Below, one piece after another: positions 49,150-59,529 of a DNA stretch of 64,000 nt. Both the position numbers and the translations under genes were made by a program. The notes under the pieces were generated by a model. It saw nothing but the letters and a program-made list of their open reading frames with translations, searched no databases and had not been told where the DNA came from. This stretch comes from an uncultured virus (IMG/VR IMGVR_UViG_3300020451_000536) (lineage: Duplodnaviria > Heunggongvirae > Uroviricota > Caudoviricetes). Positions within the stretch are counted from its first letter, which is position 1, and each line of letters begins with the position of its first letter. The DNA lies in IMG/VR virus record IMGVR_UViG_3300020451_000536; one strand, given 5' to 3'.

Positions 49150-49746
49150 TTAAGTTACATCTTCAAGTATTGATGCAACAACATCTAATGTAGCTGCACT
49201 TCCATATACTAATACTTTATCGTTACTATTTAAAACAACCTTTTGTCCAGACACAATTTTAAGAGTTGATTGTGGTGGAATAGGTGCATCTTTTACAATA
49301 TGAAACGCTTTGTAGATTACTATCGTACCAGCTGCACTTCCATCTGATGCACTTGAGTTTTGTGCATATGTGAATGTGTTTGCACCAGTTCTTGTAATCT
49401 TATATATTCCATTAACATAGTTTGTTGTAGAACCAGTTACATTTACATACATACCAGTTTGTAATCCGTGAGCACCAGCACAAGTTACTGTTGCAGTATC
49501 ACTTGATGATGCAATACTTGTTATTGTTCCTAATGTTGCACTAGTGTCTTGAAGATATGCAGTTGCTGTTATTGCAGAAGCACCAGTATTAGCTGCATCT
49601 AATTCAATAAGAATTGAATTTACTCCAGAACCATTGTTTGCAGTATAAACTGTTTGTGGGCCTGTTAAAGAGTCAGTTGCATTAGACTGATAATATTCTC
49701 CAGCAGAACTTACACTTACGAATGAATTTTTAAAATTATTTGCCAT
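49150..49746 (-). CDS. Virion structural protein
   Basis: MANNFKN...GQKVVL...DK...DVVASILE frame with an inserted ATVT...HGL..G..V.VTG...NG.Y.IT....TFTY module. Confidence 0.7.
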   Translation of the reverse strand: MANNFKNSFVSVSSAGEYYQSNATDSLTGPQTVYTANNGSGVNSILIELDAANTGASAITATAYLQDTSATLGTITSIASSSDTATVTCAGAHGLQTGMYVNVTGSTTNYVNGIYKITRTGANTFTYAQNSSASDGSAAGTIVIYKAFHIVKDAPIPPQSTLKIVSGQKVVLNSNDKVLVYGSAATLDVVASILEDVT

Positions 49747-49765
49747 TTGTGTTTCTCTCTATTAT

Positions 49766-50107
49766 TTATCCAAGTGCAACCGCTACTGCAATCGCAAAAC
49801 CTTGTGTTGTTGCAGCTGTTGACTGTGAAGTTCCGTCTGCAAAAGTTAATGCACCAGAACTTAATGTCACACCAGCAAAAGTGCTACTACCAGAAAATGT
49901 ATTATTACCACTAAAAGAAATATTTGCAGTTGCATCAAAAGCAACAGCATTTAGTGCCACTATCGCTTCTACTATATCTGTTGAAGATGCAATAGTACCA
50001 GTTGCAGCTAGTAAATCTGCAATATCACCAACATCACTCGCAGTTGAGTTAAATGTTGTTCTGAAAGTTTCAAACGAATTTGATGCTAGTACACTTCTAT
50101 CAGCCAT
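49766..50107 (-). CDS. Short fibre/collar-like structural protein
   Basis: SFETFR.TFN N-terminus; C-terminal GFAIAVAVALG motif. Confidence 0.6.
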   Translation of the reverse strand: MADRSVLASNSFETFRTTFNSTASDVGDIADLLAATGTIASSTDIVEAIVALNAVAFDATANISFSGNNTFSGSSTFAGVTLSSGALTFADGTSQSTAATTQGFAIAVAVALG

Positions 50108-50330
50108 TACTCTTCTCTAATATTTGTTTCATCATACTTTTCATTTCATGCATTTCCGACTTAATAGTATTTATCTCACGAACTGCATTTCTTAATTCAT
50201 CTCTTTGTCTTTGTGCTTCCATTCTAATTTTTCTACTTTTATTAAATGCACTTTCATCTGTATTTAATATTGCACCAGAGTAAGTATCTCTTACTAAATG
50301 GTCTTTATCTTTTACTTTTAATTCTGACAT
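50100..50330 (-). CDS. Conserved small coiled-coil protein
   Basis: LVRD..SGAILNTD, C-terminal heptads. Confidence 0.7.
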   Translation of the reverse strand: MSELKVKDKDHLVRDTYSGAILNTDESAFNKSRKIRMEAQRQRDELRNAVREINTIKSEMHEMKSMMKQILEKSNG

Positions 50331-50333
50331 AAT

Positions 50334-53300
50334 TTATCCAGTTGCAACAACCCTTAATCTTTTTAAGATTGGTGGGTTAGTAGAATCCGTTCCTCTCATT
50401 CTTATTTTTATTTGGAACGCATTAAAGTCTGCAAGGTCTTTCGCAGAGTATTCGTGTTCTATGAAGTCATCTCTTGTAGTAGATGAGTTAGTAGTAACAT
50501 CTGGTTGTCCGTTTGTATTAAAGAAAGTATAACCGACATCATTAAAGTCTGATGAGTCATCTGTTCTTAATGTTTTAAACATTACATCAATAGTTGATGT
50601 TGCTGGTCTAACTGCATCAAATTTAACATTTATCTGATTAGCTGCACTCTTCATCTGAACTTGTCGTGTTAGATATATTGCTTCTAAACTATCACCTTCT
50701 GGTTCAGTTGCTGGAACAAACAATGTAGTTGGATAGACATCTGATGAACTTTGAATATTATTCAGTCTATGAGTTACAGCTGCAATAGATGCTCTATCTA
50801 AATCAACGACTGGTGTTAAGTTATCAAACTCTGAAGTCATAGTCAAAGTTAAGAAGAAAGATTTAGATGAGTTTAATTCATTTGTTTCATTAATAGTAGA
50901 TGCAACCATTCTTGGTACATCGTAATAATAGTTTCTACCTAATACTATCGGTCTAGATGCACTGGTCGCTTGTAAATTAAATGATGTTTGTGTACCATCA
51001 ACAGATGTTGCAGTTGTCGTTCTGATGTTTGCAGTAATTTTTGTATTAGGATATTCAACATTACTTACAAGTGGTTTCATAACATCCATCATTGCGTTTT
51101 CAGTTGCAATAGTTGTACTACCACCAAATTTAATACCAGCGGTTGCAGTTGCAGCTGTTGTTGCAGTTGCAGTTTGAGTTGCAACTGAATTTGCAGTTGT
51201 AATTGTATACGAATCAATTCCTACATTTCCAACTGCTGTGTGAGTTCTATTAATCTGGTCTAATGGTATTCCATCTATTTCATATAGTTCAATAGCAGCA
51301 CCAGAAGTATGTGCAATCGCACCAGTGGGTCTTGTTATACTGGTTACAGAAGAACCAGAAATAGTACCACTAAAGATTTCATCTTCTCTTATTGCACCAG
51401 TAGTTGAATCTCTTGGAACTGTAATTTTTAATCTTACTGAACCACTGCCTGGAAACCCAGTATTACTAGTTAATGTAAGTGAAGTATCTGAAGCACCAAA
51501 AGCACCGTTAAGAGTTGTATTAACTCCAGAAGATACACCACTTATATTAACATTGTTTGTTGTTGCATACATATGGTGATTTCTATGTGTAATTTTTACA
51601 ACACCAGAACTTGCTAATGATTCTAATGGATTTTCTTTTAATGTTCTATTTTCTGTTGGTGCATTTGTTAATACTAGATTTGATGTTTTACTTGTATCAA
51701 ATTTTGCACGATAAATTGTAAACTTAACATCTTCATCTTGATATGCGTTCCAAGTTCTATTGTTTTGAGATTTAAATAACACACCAAGATATGGTTGGTC
51801 ATTCACAATCGTTCCACTATCAATATCTGCATCACCTAATTTAGAAATCCATAACTTATAATCTCTTGAGTCTGTTTTGATAACTAATGCATATTCACTA
51901 TGGTCTGCAACATAAATTGGTGATTCAAATTCAAATGTTGTAGCTACAGTTGCATCATCCGATAATAATATTTCAGAAGATTCTAATGTTTTAGATGCAA
52001 GTGGTAATAGTTTTTCAGTTGGATAACCATCTCTCATTTCTCTAATTTGAATGGTTACTGGAACTCTTTCATCTTTTTCTTGAAAATATAAATCTACTTT
52101 TGTGATGAATTCACCACCAACACTGTCAACAATAAATGATTGAGCAAGGGGATCCCACGGTTGTATCAAAGTTCTACCTCTGTGTTGGAATTGTCTTGCT
52201 TCAAAAACTTCTTCTTGGAATAATTGTCCGTTTCTTGTTCTTGTAACAGTTTCTTCAATAGTGTTTAAGAAACCTCTTGCAGTATAGATACCCTCTGCAT
52301 ATGTTTCAACACCCTCTAAATTAACATCATCTGCTTCATTTATTCTAGATGAAGTCAATCTGAATTGTCTTTCACCAGTTTTAAATGATGGATTGCCTGG
52401 AGCATTAGGGTCTGGTATACTAAAGACACCACTTATTGAACCAGTTGGGCCTGTGATAAATACAGAACCATCTTCGCCAGGTGGTAATAGTTTCTGAACA
52501 GTTCCACTTTCTGGAGTTTGTGTTCTTGTTCCAGTAAATAAGTTATATGTAATCTGAAGAACAGAATCTCTCATTTCTTCTGCAACACCAATATTACCAG
52601 GCGTTACTGCACCAACTGGAGGAACTATACCATCTATACTCGCACTTGGATTTGTTAAGTTTTGGAATTGTACAACAGAACAGAATTGTGTTAAATCAAT
52701 ATTAGTTGTTGCATCTGCATTAAAGAATTCTACACCATATAATCTGTGTCCAGCACAAGTATGAATAGGGTCTACTGCTCTTTCAATTTGGATTCTCCAA
52801 AACTTTTCACCTTGAATATTTGGGCCAACAACACCCTCAGCTGCAGTTGTAAAGTCATAACTATAAAACGCATTACTTCCTCTTGCAATATTAATTGTAG
52901 TGTGTAATGAAAATTGTCCTACTGTATTGAATCCGTACTCTGAATCAGAACTCATAATTTTTGCAACATAATCGTTTGCTTGGTCTGTGTTATCATAACC
53001 AAATCTAATTTTACCTACGGCAGTCCAGTTTGGAGTCTCTGGTAAAGTTATAGTTGTTAGTGTACCACCAGGCTTACCACCGTCTGGAGTACAGAAAGTT
53101 CCAATAAATTGTCTATCAAAGAAAGGATAAACTCTTGTTTTAGGTTTCATTTTAGATGCTCTAAATGTTACATTTCTAGAACGAATAAATGGAACTACAT
53201 CTTGTCTAATTAATTCATTACCGATAGGTTTATGGTCATTAACTTCAGTTACAAAAGTTCTTGTACCAGTTCTAACTTGGTCTGTTAAAACTAATTCCCA

Positions 53301-56300
53301 AAGACCACCTCGTCCCCAACCAGAACTAGTTGTTCCGATAACACCAGATGAAATAGTTTCCCAAGCATTCCAAATAGTACCTAATGCATCTTCACCACCA
53401 GCAGCTTGTAATATTTGGTCAAAGTTACCTTCTAAATTAATTACAATCTGTGGAAGTTTATTTACTTCAAACCACTCATCACCAGATGGGTCTAATTCTA
53501 ATACACCAACCCAAGTAAAGAAAAATGCAGCTTGGGCACTTTCTACTCTAGTTGCAAATTTATTTTCAACAGTTGAAACAGAAGTAAATGGTAACATACA
53601 CTGGTCACCAATTTTAGAATAACCGTCATTTGTTCTTGCAGTAGTATTTGTATTTTGTTCAATAAGTGCTACATTTTTCATAGAGTATTTTGGTCTTAAT
53701 GTTCTATTTTCATAATCTATTGAACAACTGTAATCTTGGTGAGATACATCACCAGTTTTATGTCCAGTAAAGTTATCAACAACAAAACCAGATTTAAATC
53801 TATCAAATCCATTTGCATCTAATACTTGGAAGTTTTCTGTTTCTGCTTCTAATAAGTTAAGAGTTGTGTAATCTTCTAGTCGTTCTATTCTATTTTCTAA
53901 ACGACCAATATCTCTCATTGTAAATCTATTATTTTTTTGTATTCTTAAAAATATATCTTGTTCTGGTTCTTTAACATAAGGTTGCATTAACACATCAACT
54001 ATTTTCATAGCTTCATTTTCTGCAAGAGGTTTAGGAGGTTCTGTTATTTCTGTTTCAACATCTAAACCTTCTTTGACTACAAATTCCATATCCTTTGTTA
54101 AGAATACACTATCTGTTCTACCTACATAAAAATCTAAATCATATTGAAAATTAGAATTATCTTGTGGAATATTTGAAACTATTGAACCAGATGCAGAAAA
54201 GTTTCTTTGTGCAAAGTTAAATGTAAAATCATTTACTCTTTCAGTAGATAAACTTTGTGATGATGTTGTTACAGTAGATATTGTATCATCATTTGCAACA
54301 GTAGGTCTAAAATCTATTGAGTCGTGTAATAAGAATCTACCTCTAGGTTGTCTTTGTTCTGTATCTACTCTTGTTGCAAGGTATGTTGGTATATCTTTGT
54401 AATCTATATTTGAATACGAATCTACATTGAAGAAATCACCAGTACCGTGAGTAAAGTGGTCACACACAATTAATAATTTACCAATAGGAACATCAACATT
54501 TGTTTTTCTAATTATTCTAGAAATATCATAGTATGAATCTCTCATACCATCATCTAGAACATAATTATTTGTAACAACTGCATCACCAGCAGTTACAGTG
54601 GTTGTTGTACCAGTTGCACCACTTGTTAAACCAGTAAATGTTTCACCATCAGAAAAGTTTGTAGTAGATAATAAAACATAAAAGAAAGTAGTTGGGCCTG
54701 TATTAATAAGAGAACCTATCGCACCACTAGTTGTACCTTTTATTCTTTCACCTTTAGTAAATGTTCCACTTGCAACTGTTCCAGTAAATTGAGGAACTAT
54801 TGGGTCAGTAGATGAGTTTGCAGATTCGTATATTGCTCTTATTTTATATACATCAGTTCTACCTAAAGAAATCTCTTTGTGATGTGCAGATGTACCATAT
54901 TGTACACCACCACCAACTCCGTTATTGTCTACAATAACTAAGTGAGCAGGATTGTTTGTTTTGTTTTTTTGTTGTGCAGAAGTTTTAGTAATTGTTGCAG
55001 TAACTTTAACTACACAATCTGAAGATGTTCCGAAAACAGTTGTATCTGTAAATGTTGCAGTTTTAGAATCACCAGCTAATACAGATGATGTCATATCATC
55101 AATATCAATGATATCACCATCATTACAACCACCAGAACCATCATCTAAAACAGTAATTGTGTAATTTGTATTAGATAATGCATTGAATGTTTCATTAGTT
55201 CCAGCAGTTATTACTATTTGTCCAGATGCATTTGATGTAATGATAAATTGTTTTTTAAATGTATATGAAGTTTGTGATACACCATCGTTGTCAACAGTTA
55301 ACATTGATTTTGCATATTTTTTTACTGTTTTTCTTAAAAGAATATTTTTATTTACATCATTAATTTTTGTTCTTGTTCTAACTGCACCAACACTTGACAC
55401 AGTTGAAGAGATTAAAATTACTTCTGCAACACCAGCACTAGCACCATCTGTGTTAGCAACACCAGAGTTAACTGGATATGTGCCTGTGTTATTACCAGTT
55501 CTTGTTAATGTCGCTTTACCATTATATCCGTTATCTGCGTGGTCTTTAAATACAACCGTTCTACTTCCAGAACCACTTAATATTGAACCAGTAGTTGCAG
55601 TGAACGCTCCAGTTGCAGTAAATGTTGCAGTACCAGTGCTTTCAGTTGTTGCAGAAGTTGTAACAACTGCACCACCTTGAATACAAAAGTAAGTTGCAGT
55701 AGTATTATCTGTTACACTTTCAATAACAATTTTTTCTGTTGCACTATTAGCACCAGTTGGAACTTCTAAAACATCACCAGCTCTCAATTCAGTATTAAAT
55801 AAAGTGTTTTGTCCAACTAAAGTATCTGTATTTCTTGTGAGTGATACTGTACCAGTTAAATTAAATCTACTTTGCATAACACAATCAGCACTAAAGTTTG
55901 CTTGATTTGAATCATCATCATTCATAAAGATTTGTCTTACTTGACTAATATTAAATGACTCTACTGCACTAATTGTTAAATCTGTTGTTGTACCATTTTC
56001 GTGTACTAATTCATCTGATTGAGTTGATGCACTTGATTTTGCTTTCTCACCACTTGAGAATATACCATTAACATTTGTAAGATAAACTGCATCAGAACTA
56101 ACAGAGTGAACAAATCCAGTTGCACCAGAATTCGCACCAGTTATTTTTGCACCAGCAACAAATTCAGATGTAGTTACAACTCCACTAAAATCTATCTCTG
56201 TAAACATTTTAATATCAAATAATCCAAGATTAAATTGTGAATCATTATCTGCACTATTTGATAAAAAGTCAGTTACTGTGGAATTGTTTGCAGCTGTATC

Positions 56301-57677
56301 AAAACTTCTTACTCTTGCAACACCAATTTTACCACCGTCTTCTGTTAAAATACTATCCGTTTCTATTCCTCTTGCAGGCCCACCAGTTGTACCAGTTGAT
56401 TTTGATATTGTGAAATTATCGTGAAGTGAAACTTCCATAAATGGTTCATCAATAGAACCAGGCGTTTCTGGAGTTAAATCTGGAGAACCAAATGCATTTT
56501 CAACTACGATTGTATTACCAACTTCAACTGGTGTGATTGCATTATCAACATTTTCAGTTGTTCTTGGTTTTCTTATATCAATGAATGTTGGGTGACTTTT
56601 TTCTATTTCATAACCAGCAACATATGCTTTACCTGGCGTTAGATGTAAAGTAAGTAAATCTTCTGAGGCTGCATTTCCACTATCAGTTGTAGTTCCAGAT
56701 GCAAACACACCATTGTTAAGACCATCATCTAAAGTTTCTCTAGCATCTGGTTTAAAATCTCTAACAATGTAGTGTCCAGATTCATCATAAGTTCTTCTTG
56801 CAAGTGTTTCACCTAATACTGCATATTCTGTATTTCTTGATGCAGATAAAACATTACCAAGATTAACTCTCATAATCTCAACAAAGTTTGTATCATTAGT
56901 ATCTGTTAAAGATAATTTTGCAAGTGTTAATGAAATTTTTAATCTATGAGCACCAGCAGCATTTTCATTTGATGTACCAGTTGCGTTATCATATAATGTA
57001 CTATCTTCTTCTGGGGTTACTAAATCTTCTGTAACTGTAAAACCAATTCTGTATGATGGTGTATTAGTATATTTGTCTAATACTAATGTTTGTTCTGAAA
57101 CATTTACAAAATGACCTCTAACAAAATATGTACCAGCTGCAACAGTTACTGCTGAACCAATCGCAGTTGCATCTGATGATTGAATAGTTAATGATTCTTG
57201 ACCAGCAATAAAAGAACCGATTGCACCGTCAGCAAATAAATTTTCTCCATCAGTAAATACAAATTGTTCACCAGTTAAATCTGGATTTAAGTATTTAACA
57301 AATAAAGTTATTGGGTCATCACCACTTGCAGCTGCAGTTCCTACAACTGTTCCAGCTACACCAGATGTTGCACCAGTGACGATTTTGTCTTTATAAGATG
57401 AAATGTTTGATGTAATGTCTGTGGTATTAAAAGTACCTTGAATTTTAACAGCATAATACTGTTTATCCATTCCAACTTCACCACCAGATATAATCGCACC
57501 TTCTTTGAAGATGTTTCTACCCATTTCTTCAACTTGATTTTGAAGTATAGATTGTTGTGAAGTTAATTCTCTAGCTTGTACTGCGAAGCCAGGTCTATAT
57601 AATACTTTATGAAAATTTTTACTTGTATCAAAATCATCATAATATGGTGATACATTTAGATTTGTTTTTTGTGCCAT
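50334..57677 (-). CDS. Large baseplate/fibre-associated structural protein (VrlC/DUF4815-like)
   Basis: TNLNVSPYYDDF, VQARELT..QSILQNQ, LARRTYDESG.Y, DRFKSGF.VDNF, DPLAQSF; 2447 aa. Confidence 0.9.
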   Translation of the reverse strand: MAQKTNLNVSPYYDDFDTSKNFHKVLYRPGFAVQARELTSQQSILQNQVEEMGRNIFKEGAIISGGEVGMDKQYYAVKIQGTFNTTDITSNISSYKDKIVTGATSGVAGTVVGTAAASGDDPITLFVKYLNPDLTGEQFVFTDGENLFADGAIGSFIAGQESLTIQSSDATAIGSAVTVAAGTYFVRGHFVNVSEQTLVLDKYTNTPSYRIGFTVTEDLVTPEEDSTLYDNATGTSNENAAGAHRLKISLTLAKLSLTDTNDTNFVEIMRVNLGNVLSASRNTEYAVLGETLARRTYDESGHYIVRDFKPDARETLDDGLNNGVFASGTTTDSGNAASEDLLTLHLTPGKAYVAGYEIEKSHPTFIDIRKPRTTENVDNAITPVEVGNTIVVENAFGSPDLTPETPGSIDEPFMEVSLHDNFTISKSTGTTGGPARGIETDSILTEDGGKIGVARVRSFDTAANNSTVTDFLSNSADNDSQFNLGLFDIKMFTEIDFSGVVTTSEFVAGAKITGANSGATGFVHSVSSDAVYLTNVNGIFSSGEKAKSSASTQSDELVHENGTTTDLTISAVESFNISQVRQIFMNDDDSNQANFSADCVMQSRFNLTGTVSLTRNTDTLVGQNTLFNTELRAGDVLEVPTGANSATEKIVIESVTDNTTATYFCIQGGAVVTTSATTESTGTATFTATGAFTATTGSILSGSGSRTVVFKDHADNGYNGKATLTRTGNNTGTYPVNSGVANTDGASAGVAEVILISSTVSSVGAVRTRTKINDVNKNILLRKTVKKYAKSMLTVDNDGVSQTSYTFKKQFIITSNASGQIVITAGTNETFNALSNTNYTITVLDDGSGGCNDGDIIDIDDMTSSVLAGDSKTATFTDTTVFGTSSDCVVKVTATITKTSAQQKNKTNNPAHLVIVDNNGVGGGVQYGTSAHHKEISLGRTDVYKIRAIYESANSSTDPIVPQFTGTVASGTFTKGERIKGTTSGAIGSLINTGPTTFFYVLLSTTNFSDGETFTGLTSGATGTTTTVTAGDAVVTNNYVLDDGMRDSYYDISRIIRKTNVDVPIGKLLIVCDHFTHGTGDFFNVDSYSNIDYKDIPTYLATRVDTEQRQPRGRFLLHDSIDFRPTVANDDTISTVTTSSQSLSTERVNDFTFNFAQRNFSASGSIVSNIPQDNSNFQYDLDFYVGRTDSVFLTKDMEFVVKEGLDVETEITEPPKPLAENEAMKIVDVLMQPYVKEPEQDIFLRIQKNNRFTMRDIGRLENRIERLEDYTTLNLLEAETENFQVLDANGFDRFKSGFVVDNFTGHKTGDVSHQDYSCSIDYENRTLRPKYSMKNVALIEQNTNTTARTNDGYSKIGDQCMLPFTSVSTVENKFATRVESAQAAFFFTWVGVLELDPSGDEWFEVNKLPQIVINLEGNFDQILQAAGGEDALGTIWNAWETISSGVIGTTSSGWGRGGLWELVLTDQVRTGTRTFVTEVNDHKPIGNELIRQDVVPFIRSRNVTFRASKMKPKTRVYPFFDRQFIGTFCTPDGGKPGGTLTTITLPETPNWTAVGKIRFGYDNTDQANDYVAKIMSSDSEYGFNTVGQFSLHTTINIARGSNAFYSYDFTTAAEGVVGPNIQGEKFWRIQIERAVDPIHTCAGHRLYGVEFFNADATTNIDLTQFCSVVQFQNLTNPSASIDGIVPPVGAVTPGNIGVAEEMRDSVLQITYNLFTGTRTQTPESGTVQKLLPPGEDGSVFITGPTGSISGVFSIPDPNAPGNPSFKTGERQFRLTSSRINEADDVNLEGVETYAEGIYTARGFLNTIEETVTRTRNGQLFQEEVFEARQFQHRGRTLIQPWDPLAQSFIVDSVGGEFITKVDLYFQEKDERVPVTIQIREMRDGYPTEKLLPLASKTLESSEILLSDDATVATTFEFESPIYVADHSEYALVIKTDSRDYKLWISKLGDADIDSGTIVNDQPYLGVLFKSQNNRTWNAYQDEDVKFTIYRAKFDTSKTSNLVLTNAPTENRTLKENPLESLASSGVVKITHRNHHMYATTNNVNISGVSSGVNTTLNGAFGASDTSLTLTSNTGFPGSGSVRLKITVPRDSTTGAIREDEIFSGTISGSSVTSITRPTGAIAHTSGAAIELYEIDGIPLDQINRTHTAVGNVGIDSYTITTANSVATQTATATTAATATAGIKFGGSTTIATENAMMDVMKPLVSNVEYPNTKITANIRTTTATSVDGTQTSFNLQATSASRPIVLGRNYYYDVPRMVASTINETNELNSSKSFFLTLTMTSEFDNLTPVVDLDRASIAAVTHRLNNIQSSSDVYPTTLFVPATEPEGDSLEAIYLTRQVQMKSAANQINVKFDAVRPATSTIDVMFKTLRTDDSSDFNDVGYTFFNTNGQPDVTTNSSTTRDDFIEHEYSAKDLADFNAFQIKIRMRGTDSTNPPILKRLRVVATG

Positions 57678-57679
57678 TC

Positions 57680-59197
57680 TTAAAACTCAACTATGATTTT
57701 AACATCCTCTGTTTGGTCAGATGCTCGTGAAATAGGTCTTCTATTTTCTATATAAATTATGTCTCCACTATCTGGGTGCATTTCTGGATTTGCATATCCA
57801 CTTGAAAATGCGATACTATCAACTGTTTCAGAACTAGTAGAAGACGGTGTTCCAGATGCACTAGAGTCTGCACCAGATATTGCATTTGCACCAGAAAATA
57901 AAACTGTATTACTTGCAGTATTGACACCATAGTTTGTAAATCTTTCTTGTTGATAATATAAAATTTTATTTGTTGCATCCCATTCAACAACTCTACCTAC
58001 TGCACCAGTAGTTGCTTGAGTTATTTTTTCATCTGCATCAAAATCTCCACTTGGTGAAGGAATATAAATTGCATATGTATTTCTTGCAGTTGAGGCAGAA
58101 AATAATGTTGAACTGTTAAACTGAGTTGGATTTTTCATAATACCAACTTGTCTGAAATCATTTGCAACTGTAATATCATTACCTTCTTCTTGTTCAAACT
58201 TTGTGTTTAAAATTACAAAGTGTCCACCTAATTCTTCTACTGCATCGTGTCCGTGTCCAACTTGAGGTGATATAATTGGAGTTATAGTTCCAGCAGTTGC
58301 AGAGTTCCAAGTTGATAGAGTAGAACCACTGATTAAAGATGTTGCACCAGTGTCTGTATAAACATTAGTTCCTGCTAAATCTACGGTTGCAAAAGTATAC
58401 TTTGAACCACTAGCTTGAACTGATGATACACCAGTTTCACCAAATCTTGTAATTACATTTGAACTCACAACAACTTTAAGTATTGCACCACTTCCATCAC
58501 CAGCAACCTTTACATAATAAGTTCCGTCTGGATAACCACTACCTTGACTTGTTACTAAGAAAGTATCAATCGGAGCACCATTAAAAGGTGCAGAGTCTGA
58601 ACTTGTTGTTACTGCACCAGACGATACAGTTGAGTCTGTTGCGACTGCCATAAAATCAGTTGTCAAAAACTTATCTACTTGAGTAGTTGTCAATGTGTAC
58701 ATATATTGTAAATAATATCCACCAACAAATTGTTTTACTGGGGAAGTAAAAGTAGGTTCAGTTGAAAGTGCAATTTTTACTCCAGAAGAATTTAGGTTAT
58801 ATAAAACTTTATAAACTCTAAAATCTGAAGTTATGAAAAAAAATGTAGAATCAAAAAGATTACTTGCACCAGTTTGATTTGAAGGATTAGCTGCACTGAT
58901 GTTATGTTCGTACATATCATAAGTAGTACCAGATGTATATGTTCTTCTAGGAACACCTCTTGATACATCAGAAGCTGCAATCGCATTTGCACCTAACATT
59001 GAGTCCCATCTATAATTTTCTGATGTGATATCATCTACTGGAGTTGGTGGAGAAGTATCACTTCCACCAGAAGTTCCACTAGTAAAAGGAGTTGATTTTC
59101 CTACAAACATATAATAGTTTTCGTTTGTTTCAGAAAATGATTCCTCAAACTGAGCGGCGTTTGTTTGTCTAAATTTTTCTGTAATAATCGCAGCCAT
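57680..59197 (-). CDS. gp8: Baseplate wedge subunit
   Basis: MAAIITEKFR, F.VYKVLYN, GHG.DA.EELG, NDFRQVG, SGDIIYIENR.PI.RA.DQTEDVKI.VEF. Confidence 0.92.
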   Translation of the reverse strand: MAAIITEKFRQTNAAQFEESFSETNENYYMFVGKSTPFTSGTSGGSDTSPPTPVDDITSENYRWDSMLGANAIAASDVSRGVPRRTYTSGTTYDMYEHNISAANPSNQTGASNLFDSTFFFITSDFRVYKVLYNLNSSGVKIALSTEPTFTSPVKQFVGGYYLQYMYTLTTTQVDKFLTTDFMAVATDSTVSSGAVTTSSDSAPFNGAPIDTFLVTSQGSGYPDGTYYVKVAGDGSGAILKVVVSSNVITRFGETGVSSVQASGSKYTFATVDLAGTNVYTDTGATSLISGSTLSTWNSATAGTITPIISPQVGHGHDAVEELGGHFVILNTKFEQEEGNDITVANDFRQVGIMKNPTQFNSSTLFSASTARNTYAIYIPSPSGDFDADEKITQATTGAVGRVVEWDATNKILYYQQERFTNYGVNTASNTVLFSGANAISGADSSASGTPSSTSSETVDSIAFSSGYANPEMHPDSGDIIYIENRRPISRASDQTEDVKIIVEF

Positions 59198-59213
59198 TGT
59201 TATTCCTTCTTAC

Positions 59214-59220
59214 TATTTAG
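59214..59220 (-). promoter_or_regulatory. Variant late promoter for gp8
   Basis: CTAAATA in the intergenic gap before AAGGA SD. Confidence 0.5.
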
Positions 59221-59226
59221 TCCATC

Positions 59227-59520
59227 TTATGATGGTTCTGTTGGCCAAGTAACTTTATTTACCTTGTCTTCAGTATCTAATCCATTGGTCAAGTCTCTTA
59301 AACTTTGTCTATAAGTTTTCCAATCAGAACTCATAGTTACATCAGAGTTTGCTCTCCAATCTGATTCACTTAATTTATTATTTCTATCTTTTCTTAAACC
59401 AGCAATAGCTCTATCGTAAGCTCCTTTTGCCCACTCTACATCTCTTGCTTCAAGTTCTTTTATTTCTGAATCGGTCAAAGGTATTTTTTCACCATTAACC
59501 ATTTTGTGCGTGTATGCCAT
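59227..59520 (-). CDS. Tail fibre assembly chaperone
   Basis: LR..RN..L.ESDW...SD......W..YRQ.LRDL....WP..P. Confidence 0.88.
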   Translation of the reverse strand: MAYTHKMVNGEKIPLTDSEIKELEARDVEWAKGAYDRAIAGLRKDRNNKLSESDWRANSDVTMSSDWKTYRQSLRDLTNGLDTEDKVNKVTWPTEPS

Positions 59521-59529
59521 TAGTATCTC

